DNA of 64,000 nucleotides from Candidatus Bathyarchaeota archaeon (GTDB taxonomy: Archaea > Thermoproteota > Bathyarchaeia > Bathyarchaeales > Bathycorpusculaceae). Where the stretch lies: positions 224,001 to 288,000 of the forward strand of contig CAVZIW010000006.1 in assembly GCA_963775465.1 (NCBI GenBank), given 5' to 3'. The notes under the pieces are model-generated. The model saw only the letters and a program-made list of their open reading frames with translations, was not told the origin of the DNA and searched no databases. Shown here piece by piece: positions 19,763 to 30,888 of the stretch; within the stretch, counting starts at the first letter, position 1, and every line of letters begins with the position of its first letter. A program made the translations under genes and the position numbers.

Positions 19763-20675
19763 CCAGAGCGCCACTGTTGGTTTCTAAAAGCTGTTTGTAT
19801 GTGTCGGGGCGTCGATTGCGGAGAAATCCCCATCCTTCTTGAATTCTTTTATTATGCGTTAAGTCAACCGTTACTACCAATACCTCCTCATTTTTAGATC
19901 CGGCTTCCGCGAGGACTTTGCCAAAAGCGTTGCAGATAAAAGAGCCACCCCAAAACTCCAAAATCCCTTCCGAACCAACACGGTTAACTGCGGCGACATG
20001 GACACCGTTTGCTATTGCATGTGCGCGTTGCACCGTTTTCCAAGCATCATGCCAATCCCCATCTTGAGATGTCTGGTCAAAAATATACCCTATGGCAGTG
20101 GGGTAAAACAGGATTTCTGCGCCTTTTAACACGTTAATTCGAGCTGCTTCAGGGAACCATTGGTCATAACAAATAAGAACTCCAATTTTCGCGTATTTTG
20201 TATTGAAAACTCGGTACTTTGACTCGCCTTCCGTGAAGTATTCTTTTTCGTAAAAGTAGGGATCCTGTGGAATGTGAATTTTGCGATAAACACCCAAGAC
20301 TTCGCCGTCAGCATCAATTACAGCGGCTGAATTATGAAACTTGCCGTTTTGGTCTTTTTCAAAGATGGGAACAATTATGACAACGTGATGCTTTTTTGAT
20401 AGCTCTGAGAAAAGTCTTGTAGATTCCCCTGGGATGGTCTCTGCCAACGAAGATACCTTTTGGTTTTCTTTCTGAGGAAAATACCTCGAACGGTAAAGCT
20501 CCTGAAGGCATATTATCTGTGCGCCTCTGCCCGCAGCTTCCTCAATTTTCTTTGCAGTTTTTTGCATATTTTCTGTTATGTTTTCTGAAACGGCGGTTTG
20601 GATAAGTGCAACGGAAACTATCTGGTTGCTTTTTCTGGTATTCTTGAGACTTTGAGTAGGTATGTTCTTGTCCAT
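19755..20675 (-). CDS. aguB: N-carbamoylputrescine amidase (carbon-nitrogen hydrolase)
   Basis: CLQEL, YRKIHIP, ICYDQWFPEAAR, YPTAIG and RNRRPDTY motifs; coupled to aguA; start moved to MDKNIP. Confidence 0.88.
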   Translation of the reverse strand: MDKNIPTQSLKNTRKSNQIVSVALIQTAVSENITENMQKTAKKIEEAAGRGAQIICLQELYRSRYFPQKENQKVSSLAETIPGESTRLFSELSKKHHVVIIVPIFEKDQNGKFHNSAAVIDADGEVLGVYRKIHIPQDPYFYEKEYFTEGESKYRVFNTKYAKIGVLICYDQWFPEAARINVLKGAEILFYPTAIGYIFDQTSQDGDWHDAWKTVQRAHAIANGVHVAAVNRVGSEGILEFWGGSFICNAFGKVLAEAGSKNEEVLVVTVDLTHNKRIQEGWGFLRNRRPDTYKQLLETNSGALDE

Positions 20676-20971
20676 CCTTGTCGGTTCAACTATTCTATGT
20701 GCTGTTGATATTAACTTTTTTGAAAAAAAGAAAAACAAGCAAGGTAAAAACCAGCAACTATTTTCAGCAGCAAGAAGTAAAACAGCCACTTAAAAAAAGC
20801 CTTGTTCTTAAGTAACTTTTTTCAAGGAATACCGACAACATTAAAAAGATTTTATTCACCTGCTTAAGAAAATAACATCTTGGTTAAATGCGGTCTTTTC
20901 GTTTTGCACAAAGAAACTATTTATTAAGTTAGACTGTGGTCAATAGTTAGTTTACTAAGGGGCTATTTAGA

Positions 20972-22306
20972 ATGAAAGCGTTCATTATCCAATTTCCGTT
21001 TGGCGTAGGCGCCTTCGACGACAAGAACAGTTTAATAGACAAAGCCTTGTTTCCAAAAAAAGCGCAAGCTGCAGCAAAAAGCTTGCTAAAGACCGAATCA
21101 GGCAAACTATCTGACCAAGTTACGTCGCTTATTACTCTACTAAAAAACGTTGATTACGATATGTTTGTTTTTGAAAACGCAACTCTCGCACAAGAAGCTC
21201 AGCGTAGACTCAAAGTTGACGTTGAAGTAGCAAAACCCGCTGAAATAGCCGTATTTCATTCTCGTATGGGCGAAATCGCAGTTGAATCAGGATTTGTCGA
21301 AAATGATTCGGAACTAATCACCTGGACCCGAAATGTCAGCATGGAACTCGCAAAGTTGCGAATCAAGGGTGCCGTAGAGAAACGCGACTTAATCGTCGCT
21401 CAAGGAATCCAAACTCTTGATAGCCTTGATCAAACAGTAAACATGTTCATTGGTCGGCTCCGCGAATGGTACGGTATATACTTCCCGGAGCTTGACCGAC
21501 TAATTGAAAAACATGAAACATACTCACGTCTTGTTATGAACATTGGAAACCGAGAAAAATACACAGTTGAAGGATTAGAAGCTGAAAACATCCCCAAAGA
21601 GCGTACCCAGCTAGTTGCGAAAGCAGCCGAGTCATCTATGGGCGCAGACATATCCGAATCAGACCTTGAGCAAATCCAAGTATTAGCAAAAGATATCCTT
21701 ACATTCTATGCGTTACGCAAAAGTATGGAAGACTATGTTGACAAAACAATGGAGGAGCTGGCGCCAAACGTTCGCGCCGTCGCAGGAGCCCTTCTAGGTG
21801 CACGAATGATTGCCATAGCAGGTAGTCTTCAGAACTTGGCTATGCGTCCAGCAAGCACAATTCAAGTTTTAGGAGCAGAGAAAGCTCTTTTCCGCTCTCT
21901 AAAAACAGGCGCAAGACCGCCAAAACACGGCTTAATTTTCCAGCACACTTTGCTTCATGATGCAAAACGGTGGCAACGCGGAAAAATCGCCCGTGTCATC
22001 GCGGGAAAACTTGCAATCGCAGCTCGAGCAGATGTTTTCGGGCAGGGTCATTTCATCGGAGACGAACTGAAAGCAGACATAAACAAACGCGTAGAAGAAA
22101 TCCGTGAGAAATACAAAGAACCTCCACCACCAAAAGAACCCAAAACTCGACCACAAGGATCCGAAACAGGCAGAGAGCAACGTTTCGACAGGGGTGATCG
22201 AAGACCGCAGGGACGGGTAGGCAGCGGAGGCTTTAGAGGACGCGATAGAGGTCCAAAACGCCATGGCGGCGGTAACAAGTGGAGAAAAGACCGACGTGGG
22301 CCTTAG
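20972..22306 (+). CDS. nop5: C/D box sRNP protein Nop5 (Nop56/58)
   Basis: RLREWYG.YFPEL, PASTIQVLGAEKALF and PPKHGLIFQH motifs. Confidence 0.95.
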   Translation: MKAFIIQFPFGVGAFDDKNSLIDKALFPKKAQAAAKSLLKTESGKLSDQVTSLITLLKNVDYDMFVFENATLAQEAQRRLKVDVEVAKPAEIAVFHSRMGEIAVESGFVENDSELITWTRNVSMELAKLRIKGAVEKRDLIVAQGIQTLDSLDQTVNMFIGRLREWYGIYFPELDRLIEKHETYSRLVMNIGNREKYTVEGLEAENIPKERTQLVAKAAESSMGADISESDLEQIQVLAKDILTFYALRKSMEDYVDKTMEELAPNVRAVAGALLGARMIAIAGSLQNLAMRPASTIQVLGAEKALFRSLKTGARPPKHGLIFQHTLLHDAKRWQRGKIARVIAGKLAIAARADVFGQGHFIGDELKADINKRVEEIREKYKEPPPPKEPKTRPQGSETGREQRFDRGDRRPQGRVGSGGFRGRDRGPKRHGGGNKWRKDRRGP

Positions 22307-22994
22307 AGTAAAACCGCACGAAAAATTCAAAGAAATCTATAAAGTTACTCTCGAAGACGGCGCCAAACGGCTTGGGACTCGAAACCTGACGCCCGGCTTG
22401 AACGTTTATGGTGAACGTCTTGTCAAATTCAAAAGCGTGGAATACCGTGTTTGGGATGCTTTTCGCAGTAAACTTGCCGGTGCAATAATCAAAGGTTTAA
22501 ATAACGTTCCTATAGTGCCTGCTTCTAAGGTTCTATATCTAGGCGCTGCTTCGGGAACCACGCCGAGCCATGTTTCTGACATCGTTGGTGAAGCAGGTTA
22601 TGTTTACTGCGTAGAATTTGCGCAGCGCTCTCTTAGAGATTTAGTTAACAACGTGGCAGCTTTTCGAACCAATATTTCGCCCATGCTCGAAGACGCTCGA
22701 ATGCCCGAGCGGTATGCAATGTTTATTCCTGGCAAAGTCGACACAATTTACTGCGATGTTGCGCAACCTGAACAAGCAAGACTGTTGGCGGACAATGCTG
22801 CTGTCTTCCTCAAACCTTACGGTTGGGTTATGTTGGCCTGTAAATCACAAAGCATTGATGTGACTATGTCTCCTAATGAGGTTTACCAGCAGGAAGCTCG
22901 TATTCTAAAGAAAAGAGGGTTTAGCGTTACAGAAATCGTTGAACTTGAGCCCTATGATAAAGCACATGCAATGATATTGGCCCAAAGCCAATAA
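22263..22994 (+). CDS. flpA: fibrillarin-like rRNA/tRNA 2'-O-methyltransferase
   Basis: VYGERL, RSKLAGAI, VLYLGAASGTT.SHVSDI and DVAQPEQ motifs; true start possibly GTG at 22296. Confidence 0.96.
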   Translation: MAAVTSGEKTDVGLRVKPHEKFKEIYKVTLEDGAKRLGTRNLTPGLNVYGERLVKFKSVEYRVWDAFRSKLAGAIIKGLNNVPIVPASKVLYLGAASGTTPSHVSDIVGEAGYVYCVEFAQRSLRDLVNNVAAFRTNISPMLEDARMPERYAMFIPGKVDTIYCDVAQPEQARLLADNAAVFLKPYGWVMLACKSQSIDVTMSPNEVYQQEARILKKRGFSVTEIVELEPYDKAHAMILAQSQ

Positions 22995-23155
22995 TTCACC
23001 CAGCCGAAGAACCAGTTATGCCCAAAAGAATAATCAGAGGCAGCCTTGATCATCGTAATTTTCTGCTAACTGACTTTTTTGTTTTCGATTTTACCGTTAA
23101 TGGAAAAGTGTTATAGCTTGGAATTCTGTCAATTCAATACTCCAGGTAAATATAT

Positions 23156-23818
23156 ATGCTAATTGCAGGCGTTGATGAAGCAGGACGTGGATGCGTTATT
23201 GGACCATTGGTTATAGCGGGTGTCGCAGTCACAACTCAAAACATGCAGTCTTTAATTGATTTGGGTGTAAAAGATTCAAAACTTCTCACAGCCAAAAAAA
23301 GAGAGCAATTGCATTCAGAAATCCTCAAGCTAACTCAAAATCACCACATCATAAAAGTGCCCCCAAGCCAAATTGATATAGTTGTTCAAAACGCTAGAAA
23401 ACTCCATAAACTAAATCGCCTTGAAGCTGAAACCATGGCAAAAATAATTGAAGAGTTAAAACCAGATGAAGCTTACGTTGACGCAGCAGACGTTCTAGAG
23501 AAACGCTTTGGAAACCACATTAAAGAGCGCCTTACAATCGACACCACAATTATTTCTGAACATAAAGCTGATAGAACATTCCCAATTGTTTCTGCTGCAT
23601 CCATTATCGCTAAAGTAGAGCGTGACCGTGAGATCGCAAATCTGAGACTTATTTATGGCGATTTTGGAAGCGGTTATTTAACTGATAACAAGACAATGGC
23701 TTTCCTTAAGCAGTTGCTCTATAAGAATGGAGATTATCCTAGTTTTGTTAGGCAATCTTGGAAACCAGCCAAGAAAGCGAAAAGTGAATTTGGTGCTAAA
23801 CAGCAAACTTTACTATAG
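23156..23818 (+). CDS. rnhB: ribonuclease HII
   Basis: GVDEAGRG.VIGP, VKDSK, VSAASIIAKV and FGSGY motifs. Confidence 0.96.
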   Translation: MLIAGVDEAGRGCVIGPLVIAGVAVTTQNMQSLIDLGVKDSKLLTAKKREQLHSEILKLTQNHHIIKVPPSQIDIVVQNARKLHKLNRLEAETMAKIIEELKPDEAYVDAADVLEKRFGNHIKERLTIDTTIISEHKADRTFPIVSAASIIAKVERDREIANLRLIYGDFGSGYLTDNKTMAFLKQLLYKNGDYPSFVRQSWKPAKKAKSEFGAKQQTLL

Positions 23819-23910
23819 TTATTGTGTTTCGTTGCGTACAAAAGATACAAATTTATTAGCGTGAACATGCTCCTTTATATTAATACGCGGGCTTTATTGG
23901 TGAAAATAGT

Positions 23911-25572
23911 TTGAGTGAAAAAGACGTAACACGCTTTCTGCAAATACTCGGCTTATCCAAAAGAGAAATACAAGTATATATGTTCCTCGCCAAGAGTGGC
24001 GTCCAATCCACCAGTTTTGTGGCAAAACGCCTCAAAATGGAACGTGTTCAAGCTTACCGAACTTTTAAGAAATTGCAAGAGAAAGGCTATATAGAAGCCA
24101 CCTTAGAGCGGCCCACTCGCTTTACTATTGTTCCTTTCGAAGCTTTAGTTGACAGTTTTATCAACGCCAAAAAGAATGAAGTCGCTAACCTTAACGACCA
24201 AAAACAAGATCTCATAACAGCATGGCAATCCATCAGTGCACCCGAATCAGAATACCCTGTTGCCAAATTTTCAATTATCACCGGCAAGAAAAAGATTCAC
24301 TCAAAAATGCTAAACATGATTGAAGAATCAAAAGCCCAAATTACCATTCTAACCACTGCTTTGGGTTTTGTTCAAGAAGACATTGCAGGAATCTTCGATT
24401 CAGCAGTTACTCCAACAAATGAACGCAATGTAAAATTCCAAATCATTACCGATATCACTCCAGAAAACCTAAAAATAGTTGAGAAAATGGAACGCAACAT
24501 TCGGAAAGACAAACTAAACTTTAAGCTACGTCATGTAAACATGAACTCCAAATTTTTCCCCCGCTTCCTAATCAAAGATGAAGAAGAAGCAATCTTGTAT
24601 GCGCCATTCGGAAATGAAGCATCAGTTTTGAACCTCGAGGACGAAGGTTTATGGATAAATGACAAAATGTTCATTTCGGTTCTCAAAGCATTTTTTGTTC
24701 AAATGTGGCACACTGGGGTAGATGCTTCACGAAGAATTGAAGAATTAAAAACTGGAATACCCATAGGCGAAACTCTGATAATCAAAGATAGCGAAGAAGC
24801 CTGGAACAAAGTAACAAAGATTCTTGATTCAGCCAAAAAAGACATTGTAGTGATTACTTCTTCACAAAGCATAAACATGCTTGCTGAAAATGACCCCGTT
24901 GTAAAATACTTCAAGAAAGACTTGAAAATACGGATAATGGCGTCAATAGACCTAGATAATCTTGAACCAGCACAGAAGCTAGCCAAGAAATACGAAGTAA
25001 AGCATGTGCCCATCAACTACCTCACTATGATGTTGGTTGATAACAAGCACCTTTACATGTTCAAAATACCCCCCATTAGTGATTTCGGAAATGAATCGGC
25101 TTTCTATTTGCCAGATACATTTTACTCAAGTGACCCTGGACAAATTGAACGAGTAAGCGAAATGTTAGACGACATCTGGAAACGCGGAATTGACATTTCG
25201 GAAATCAGCAGCCAAGCTGGAACAAAACTTCCAAACATTGAAGTTACATCCACAGAATCACTCTCTATGGCAGTTGACAAGATGCTAATCAATAACGTCA
25301 CTTCTTTGTTAATAACCGAAAATCAAAAACCAATTGGTGTCATCAACGACAGAGAGTTGCTAAAAGAAATAGTCAATGAACACAAAGACCCTCTAAAAAC
25401 ACTCGCAAAAGAAGTCAAATATACACCCCTCATCACTCTAAAAGAAAACGAATCTATGATTACAGCTATGGATTATATGAGTAAAAAAGGTTTCAAACGC
25501 GCAGCCTTGGTCAAAAGTGGGCAATTAATAGGTATGTTGACTGAAAAGCCGAAAGAAAAGAAGCCGAAATAA
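23911..25572 (+). CDS. TrmB-family regulator with two PLD-like sensor domains and C-terminal CBS pair
   Basis: LGLSKREIQVY...YRTFKKLQEKG HTH; two ..IKDEEE/LVDNKH sensor repeats; CBS motifs IGVINDRELL and LIGMLTE. Confidence 0.82.
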   Translation: MSEKDVTRFLQILGLSKREIQVYMFLAKSGVQSTSFVAKRLKMERVQAYRTFKKLQEKGYIEATLERPTRFTIVPFEALVDSFINAKKNEVANLNDQKQDLITAWQSISAPESEYPVAKFSIITGKKKIHSKMLNMIEESKAQITILTTALGFVQEDIAGIFDSAVTPTNERNVKFQIITDITPENLKIVEKMERNIRKDKLNFKLRHVNMNSKFFPRFLIKDEEEAILYAPFGNEASVLNLEDEGLWINDKMFISVLKAFFVQMWHTGVDASRRIEELKTGIPIGETLIIKDSEEAWNKVTKILDSAKKDIVVITSSQSINMLAENDPVVKYFKKDLKIRIMASIDLDNLEPAQKLAKKYEVKHVPINYLTMMLVDNKHLYMFKIPPISDFGNESAFYLPDTFYSSDPGQIERVSEMLDDIWKRGIDISEISSQAGTKLPNIEVTSTESLSMAVDKMLINNVTSLLITENQKPIGVINDRELLKEIVNEHKDPLKTLAKEVKYTPLITLKENESMITAMDYMSKKGFKRAALVKSGQLIGMLTEKPKEKKPK

Positions 25573-25621
25573 ATACTTAACCTTACATCTCAAAAAGTAA
25601 CCATTTTTTATGTTCATTTAA

Positions 25622-26365
<744 letters not shown>

Positions 26366-26366
26366 C

Positions 26367-27257
26367 GTGAATATATTGAAAGTTGAACCTGAATGCGAAT
26401 CGTGCTTGCTTTCCAGAGCCCAAATACAAACATACCAAGCAACAACTAACCCGGCTTTACGTTTTAGGTGCCTTGCAGAAATCGTTAAACTACTAAACCG
26501 AGAATTCAAACATACATCGGTTGCTGCAGAAATTGGCACCAAACGAGACCGCATAATCCGAAAATTAACCAGCAACAACGATCCCTACAAGCACAACAAA
26601 AAACAGGCAAATGAGAAAGCCCTGAAAATGCGTCCACACGCCAAAAAATACGTTGAATCAGGATACAATCAACAAGAACGCTTTAAGAAAGCATGTCTGT
26701 GCGCAATAGTGGGCAACATTATGGAGTTTGACATTCCAGGACACAAGTTCACTTTGAAGAGTATGACTGGGGTGCTTCGTGAAGCAGCTAAGGACCTAGT
26801 GATAGACGATATCGACAAAGCATACAAGTTGGCAAAGAAAGCAACTTCCGTTTTGTATTTGGCCGACAACGCGGGTGAAATCGTTTTCGACACGTTATTG
26901 GTAGAACAACTTAAAAATATGGGTCTAAAAGTCACCTACGTCGTAAAAGGTGACCCAGTCATAAATGATGCTACCATGGAAGATGTTGAAATCTCCAACA
27001 TCGACAAACTTGCAGACGAAGTCATTACCACAGGTTGCGATGCTGTTGGATTGCAGAAAAAGGAAGCCTCACCCGAATTCCTAAAAGTTTACGATGATGC
27101 CGAACTGGTTTTTGCTAAAGGTATGGGCTACGCTGAAACTCTCACCGAATACAAACTAACCAAACCGCATTTGCTCATGTTCCGCACAAAATGTGCCCCT
27201 GTCGCAAACTATTTCTGTGTACCGCGTGATAAGAATGTAGCAAAGCTGATGCCATAA
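26367..27257 (+). CDS. DUF89/ARMT1-like damage-control phosphatase
   Basis: ECESC, DPYK, GNIMEF, DNAGEIVFD, INDAT and AKGMGYAE motifs. Confidence 0.9.
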   Translation: MNILKVEPECESCLLSRAQIQTYQATTNPALRFRCLAEIVKLLNREFKHTSVAAEIGTKRDRIIRKLTSNNDPYKHNKKQANEKALKMRPHAKKYVESGYNQQERFKKACLCAIVGNIMEFDIPGHKFTLKSMTGVLREAAKDLVIDDIDKAYKLAKKATSVLYLADNAGEIVFDTLLVEQLKNMGLKVTYVVKGDPVINDATMEDVEISNIDKLADEVITTGCDAVGLQKKEASPEFLKVYDDAELVFAKGMGYAETLTEYKLTKPHLLMFRTKCAPVANYFCVPRDKNVAKLMP

Positions 27258-27258
27258 C

Positions 27259-29340
27259 ATGAAGTTGCCGACCTTAACTTTCCAAAAAGAAGCGTTTGCA
27301 AGTTATAACAAACTTGTAGAGAAGGAGTGGCTAATAACCAATGGGTTGGGTGGTTACGCTTCCTCAACTGTCTTGGGGATTAACACTCGAAAATATCATG
27401 GATTGCTTGTTGCTGCTTTGGACCCTCCTGGAAACCGAACGGTTTGCCTCTCAAAACTTGACGAGGACGTTTTGGTGGGCAATGATGTTTATCGGTTAGG
27501 CTCAAATGAGTTTCACAAGACAATTTATCCCGAAGGTTACAAGCTAATTAGACAGTTTACGGTCGATCTGTTTCCAACTTACATCTATGAGTCGGGTAAC
27601 GTCCAGATTATAAAAACAGTGTTCATGCCCAAACACAAAAATGCCGTAGTAATAGCCTACAAACTTAGAAACAAAAATAACTCACAAGTCAAAATTAGAC
27701 TTTATCCGCTTCTAACATGCAGACATTATCACAACGTAATCTACCAATCAAGAGTGCCATTGAATTTTACCCTAAAAAGCACCAATGAACAATTAGAAGC
27801 AGTTTTTCAACGACCCCACGCCACAATAGTTTGCCGCGCAACTGAGGGGCAATTCAAAGAAGGTGTAAACTGGTTAGCCCATCTCCATTATCGCGATGAA
27901 TTGTTGCGCGGGGAAGCTGATGTTGACGACTGTTTCCAGCCAGGATATTTCGAATTGGAGGTGCAAGCTAACATTGAGAAAGAGTTTGCAGTTACATGTG
28001 TTGCCAGCAATGAAAGCCAAGAGACCGAAAGAATTTTGGATTCGATTGGCAACTCAATCAACGAGGTTCAGAACGCATTTCTTAAAGAAGTGAACCAAAA
28101 ATCTGAAATGCTTTTGACTTTTCAACGTGATCATCCAGAAGCGTCTATGAATGATTGGCTAAACTGGGCGTTGCTTGCTGCCAACTCTTTCCTTGTAGAG
28201 GGCGCAAATGCAAGAAAAGCCGTTATTGCAGGATACCATTGGTTTGAGGCTTGGGGTAGAGACACTTTCGTCTCGTTGCCTGGGTTGTTACTGGTTACAG
28301 GCAAATATGATGATGCCAAAAATGTACTGCGAAGCTTCATCAAGTACAGCAAGAGTGGGTTGATTCCCAATTTTGTTCCTGACAAATCAGCTATTCCCGT
28401 TTACGATACCGTTGACGCAACTTTGTGGTACATTAACGCTGTATTGCAGTACGTTAAATACACTGGCGATTTTGCTTTTGTTAAAGACGAGTTGTGGGAA
28501 AAACTGCAGGAATTAGTTGAGAATCACCAGAAGGGCACCCTATTTGGTATCCAAGTTGACCGTGACGGTTTGCTCAAGCATGGTCCAAGACTCACTTGGA
28601 TGGACGCTGCTGTTGGAAACGACGCAATTACTCCAAGAACAGGTAAAGCAGTGGAAATTCAAGCCCTATGGTATAATACCTTGAAAACCATGGAGTTGCT
28701 TGCGAACGTATTTGAAGGCCCCGAATTAGCTGAAAAGTACGGCTTCACGGCAAACCAAGCTAAGCAAAATTTCAGCGAGAAATTTTGGAACCCGCAGAAA
28801 AACTGCCTCTACGATGTAATCGATGAAGAGAGCTTAGATGCTTCTATTCGTCCAAACCAAATATTCGCAGTCTCCCTTGACTATACTATGCTTAACATCG
28901 AAAAGAGTCAAAGTGTTGTTGAACTCGTAAATCGTGAACTTGTAACACCCTACGGTTTAAGGACACTATCTCTGGGCGACCCCAAGTTCATTGGGAAATG
29001 TGCAGGAGACAGCCGAAGCAGAGATAGGGCTTACCACAATGGAACGATTTGGCCATGGCTACTAGGACCCTACGTTACGGCGTACCTAAAAGTCAATGAT
29101 TACACTGAAAAGGCACGTCAGCAAATGCTCGAAAACCTTGTGCTGCCTCTTTTCACTACAGCAATCCATCAAGGTTGTTTAGGAACCATAAATGAAATAT
29201 ACGACTCTGATCCCCCAAACGAACCCCGAGGCTGCATCTCGCAAGCATGGAGCGTTGCAGAACCCTTACGAGCCTATGTTGAAGATATAATGCAAGTTAA
29301 GCCCAAGAGATCTTCGGGGTTCTTAGTCCTTAAGCATTGA
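27259..29340 (+). CDS. glycogen debranching enzyme (amylo-alpha-1,6-glucosidase)
   Basis: EWLITNGLGGYAS, AGYHWF.AWGRDT, TWMDA, YHNGTIWPWL and QAWSVAE motifs. Confidence 0.94.
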   Translation: MKLPTLTFQKEAFASYNKLVEKEWLITNGLGGYASSTVLGINTRKYHGLLVAALDPPGNRTVCLSKLDEDVLVGNDVYRLGSNEFHKTIYPEGYKLIRQFTVDLFPTYIYESGNVQIIKTVFMPKHKNAVVIAYKLRNKNNSQVKIRLYPLLTCRHYHNVIYQSRVPLNFTLKSTNEQLEAVFQRPHATIVCRATEGQFKEGVNWLAHLHYRDELLRGEADVDDCFQPGYFELEVQANIEKEFAVTCVASNESQETERILDSIGNSINEVQNAFLKEVNQKSEMLLTFQRDHPEASMNDWLNWALLAANSFLVEGANARKAVIAGYHWFEAWGRDTFVSLPGLLLVTGKYDDAKNVLRSFIKYSKSGLIPNFVPDKSAIPVYDTVDATLWYINAVLQYVKYTGDFAFVKDELWEKLQELVENHQKGTLFGIQVDRDGLLKHGPRLTWMDAAVGNDAITPRTGKAVEIQALWYNTLKTMELLANVFEGPELAEKYGFTANQAKQNFSEKFWNPQKNCLYDVIDEESLDASIRPNQIFAVSLDYTMLNIEKSQSVVELVNRELVTPYGLRTLSLGDPKFIGKCAGDSRSRDRAYHNGTIWPWLLGPYVTAYLKVNDYTEKARQQMLENLVLPLFTTAIHQGCLGTINEIYDSDPPNEPRGCISQAWSVAEPLRAYVEDIMQVKPKRSSGFLVLKH

Positions 29341-30403
29341 TCGATTTTTTTAGGCTTTCAGCAGCGCTTTCTGGCGTGACTGTATTGATGTAGACGCCCG
29401 TGCTTTTCTCAAAACCTGCCCACGTCACCAGTTTGGGGTATACCTCCAAATGCCAATGATAATAATCTACTGCATTTGGGTCAATTGAGATGTGGAAGCC
29501 GAAATTGTAGGGAGGGTCATTGACAACATCTTTTAGGGCTCTGAGGCTTGTTTGAAGGGTTCTTGCAAACGATAAAGCCTCATTCCCAGATAAATTTAGG
29601 ATGTTCGGGGAGTGTTTTTTAGGAATTATCCAGAATTCCATCGGGTTGATGCTGGCGTAGGGAGCAAAAATCAAAAATTCACCGTTTTCTAATATATTTC
29701 TTGAACTTTGTGCTTCCTTCTTGATTATACCGCAGAAAACACATTTTTTATGTTCCTCAAAAAATGATTTGCTGGCTACTTGCTCTTTTTGTAGTAATGT
29801 GGGTATCATTGGGGTTGCTATTATTTGGCTGTGAGCATGGGATAATGATGCTCCAGCTTCTCTGCCATAGTTGCGGAAAATCGACACATACTTAACATAG
29901 GGTTTGTTACGTAGTTCGTTTAGTCGGTCAATATAGGCTTTTATTATAAGTTCAAGTTGATCCAGCTTCGCATCGGTCGGTTCTTCGTTATGGATTGGTG
30001 ATTCAACAATGACCTCATGATGTCCGATTGCGTAACCGAAGTCTTTATTTCTAAATATCTTTGTTGTTTCTTCTGGAACTTTGGGCGGAGTGAATGCAGG
30101 GAATAAGTTTGGTATAACTCTCACAAGCCAATCTTTAGATCGCTCTCCCAGGCTTGGGTCTTGAAGGCGTTTTATCTCGCCGTTTACCTTCTGGTAGAGC
30201 ATGATTGCGGGGGGTGTCATATTTTCGTTGCCAACGCACAGAGGACAAACAGATGTGTTTATTTGTGCGGGTTTGGGTTTCGCCAAGTCAGTGGGTCGGC
30301 GTGCTCGTTCCATGGCAATGACTACCCAGCGGTCGAGTAAGTAATCCTTTCTTAGTTCATTGTAAGGCATGCTTTCCACAGGCAAATGGGGGCACTGAGT
30401 CAT
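29330..30403 (-). CDS. galT: galactose-1-phosphate uridylyltransferase
   Basis: ERARRP, CPLC.GNE, AGASLSHAHSQ and AGFEKSTG motifs. Confidence 0.92.
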   Translation of the reverse strand: MTQCPHLPVESMPYNELRKDYLLDRWVVIAMERARRPTDLAKPKPAQINTSVCPLCVGNENMTPPAIMLYQKVNGEIKRLQDPSLGERSKDWLVRVIPNLFPAFTPPKVPEETTKIFRNKDFGYAIGHHEVIVESPIHNEEPTDAKLDQLELIIKAYIDRLNELRNKPYVKYVSIFRNYGREAGASLSHAHSQIIATPMIPTLLQKEQVASKSFFEEHKKCVFCGIIKKEAQSSRNILENGEFLIFAPYASINPMEFWIIPKKHSPNILNLSGNEALSFARTLQTSLRALKDVVNDPPYNFGFHISIDPNAVDYYHWHLEVYPKLVTWAGFEKSTGVYINTVTPESAAESLKKSINA

Positions 30404-30888
30404 TTTAGCATAACAATAGAATCAATATTGGTATTGTTTCCATTGCCAAGCTCACTCCCACTGTCTTTTTTCACCCCACAAGTTTTCAACTTTCAAAAGT
30501 TCAACGGCATTATTAAGGTTTAGTGGAAAAAAAGTGACCATTCCTTTCATTTAGAGTCAATCTTTTTACTACTTTCAGATATTTGATTGGAATATCACGG
30601 TCAATAATTCTTATGTAAATAAGGTGTTTTCTATCTATAACTAAAGGGTTCTTATTTTCATCTCTCTTGAATTTGAAAGGGTAATTCCAATCTAAATAAA
30701 TTGGACACCCCATCTGCCTCAACCGTCTACCTGTAATTTGCAGAATAATTCCGACTGTACTTTGGTCATTTTTATTTTTACAACTCTTTGAAAACTACCA
30801 ACTAAATTTGACTTTTTCAGTTTATTTTGAAATGCTGTGAACCATAGTTAAACTAAAAATGGGGGTAAAATGAAAAACAAACAAATGT

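Noticed and set aside
30513-30722. 69-aa minus-strand ORF downstream of the MEPAH gene as a further precursor
   Set aside because: No motif, no SD, AT-rich; no support for coding.
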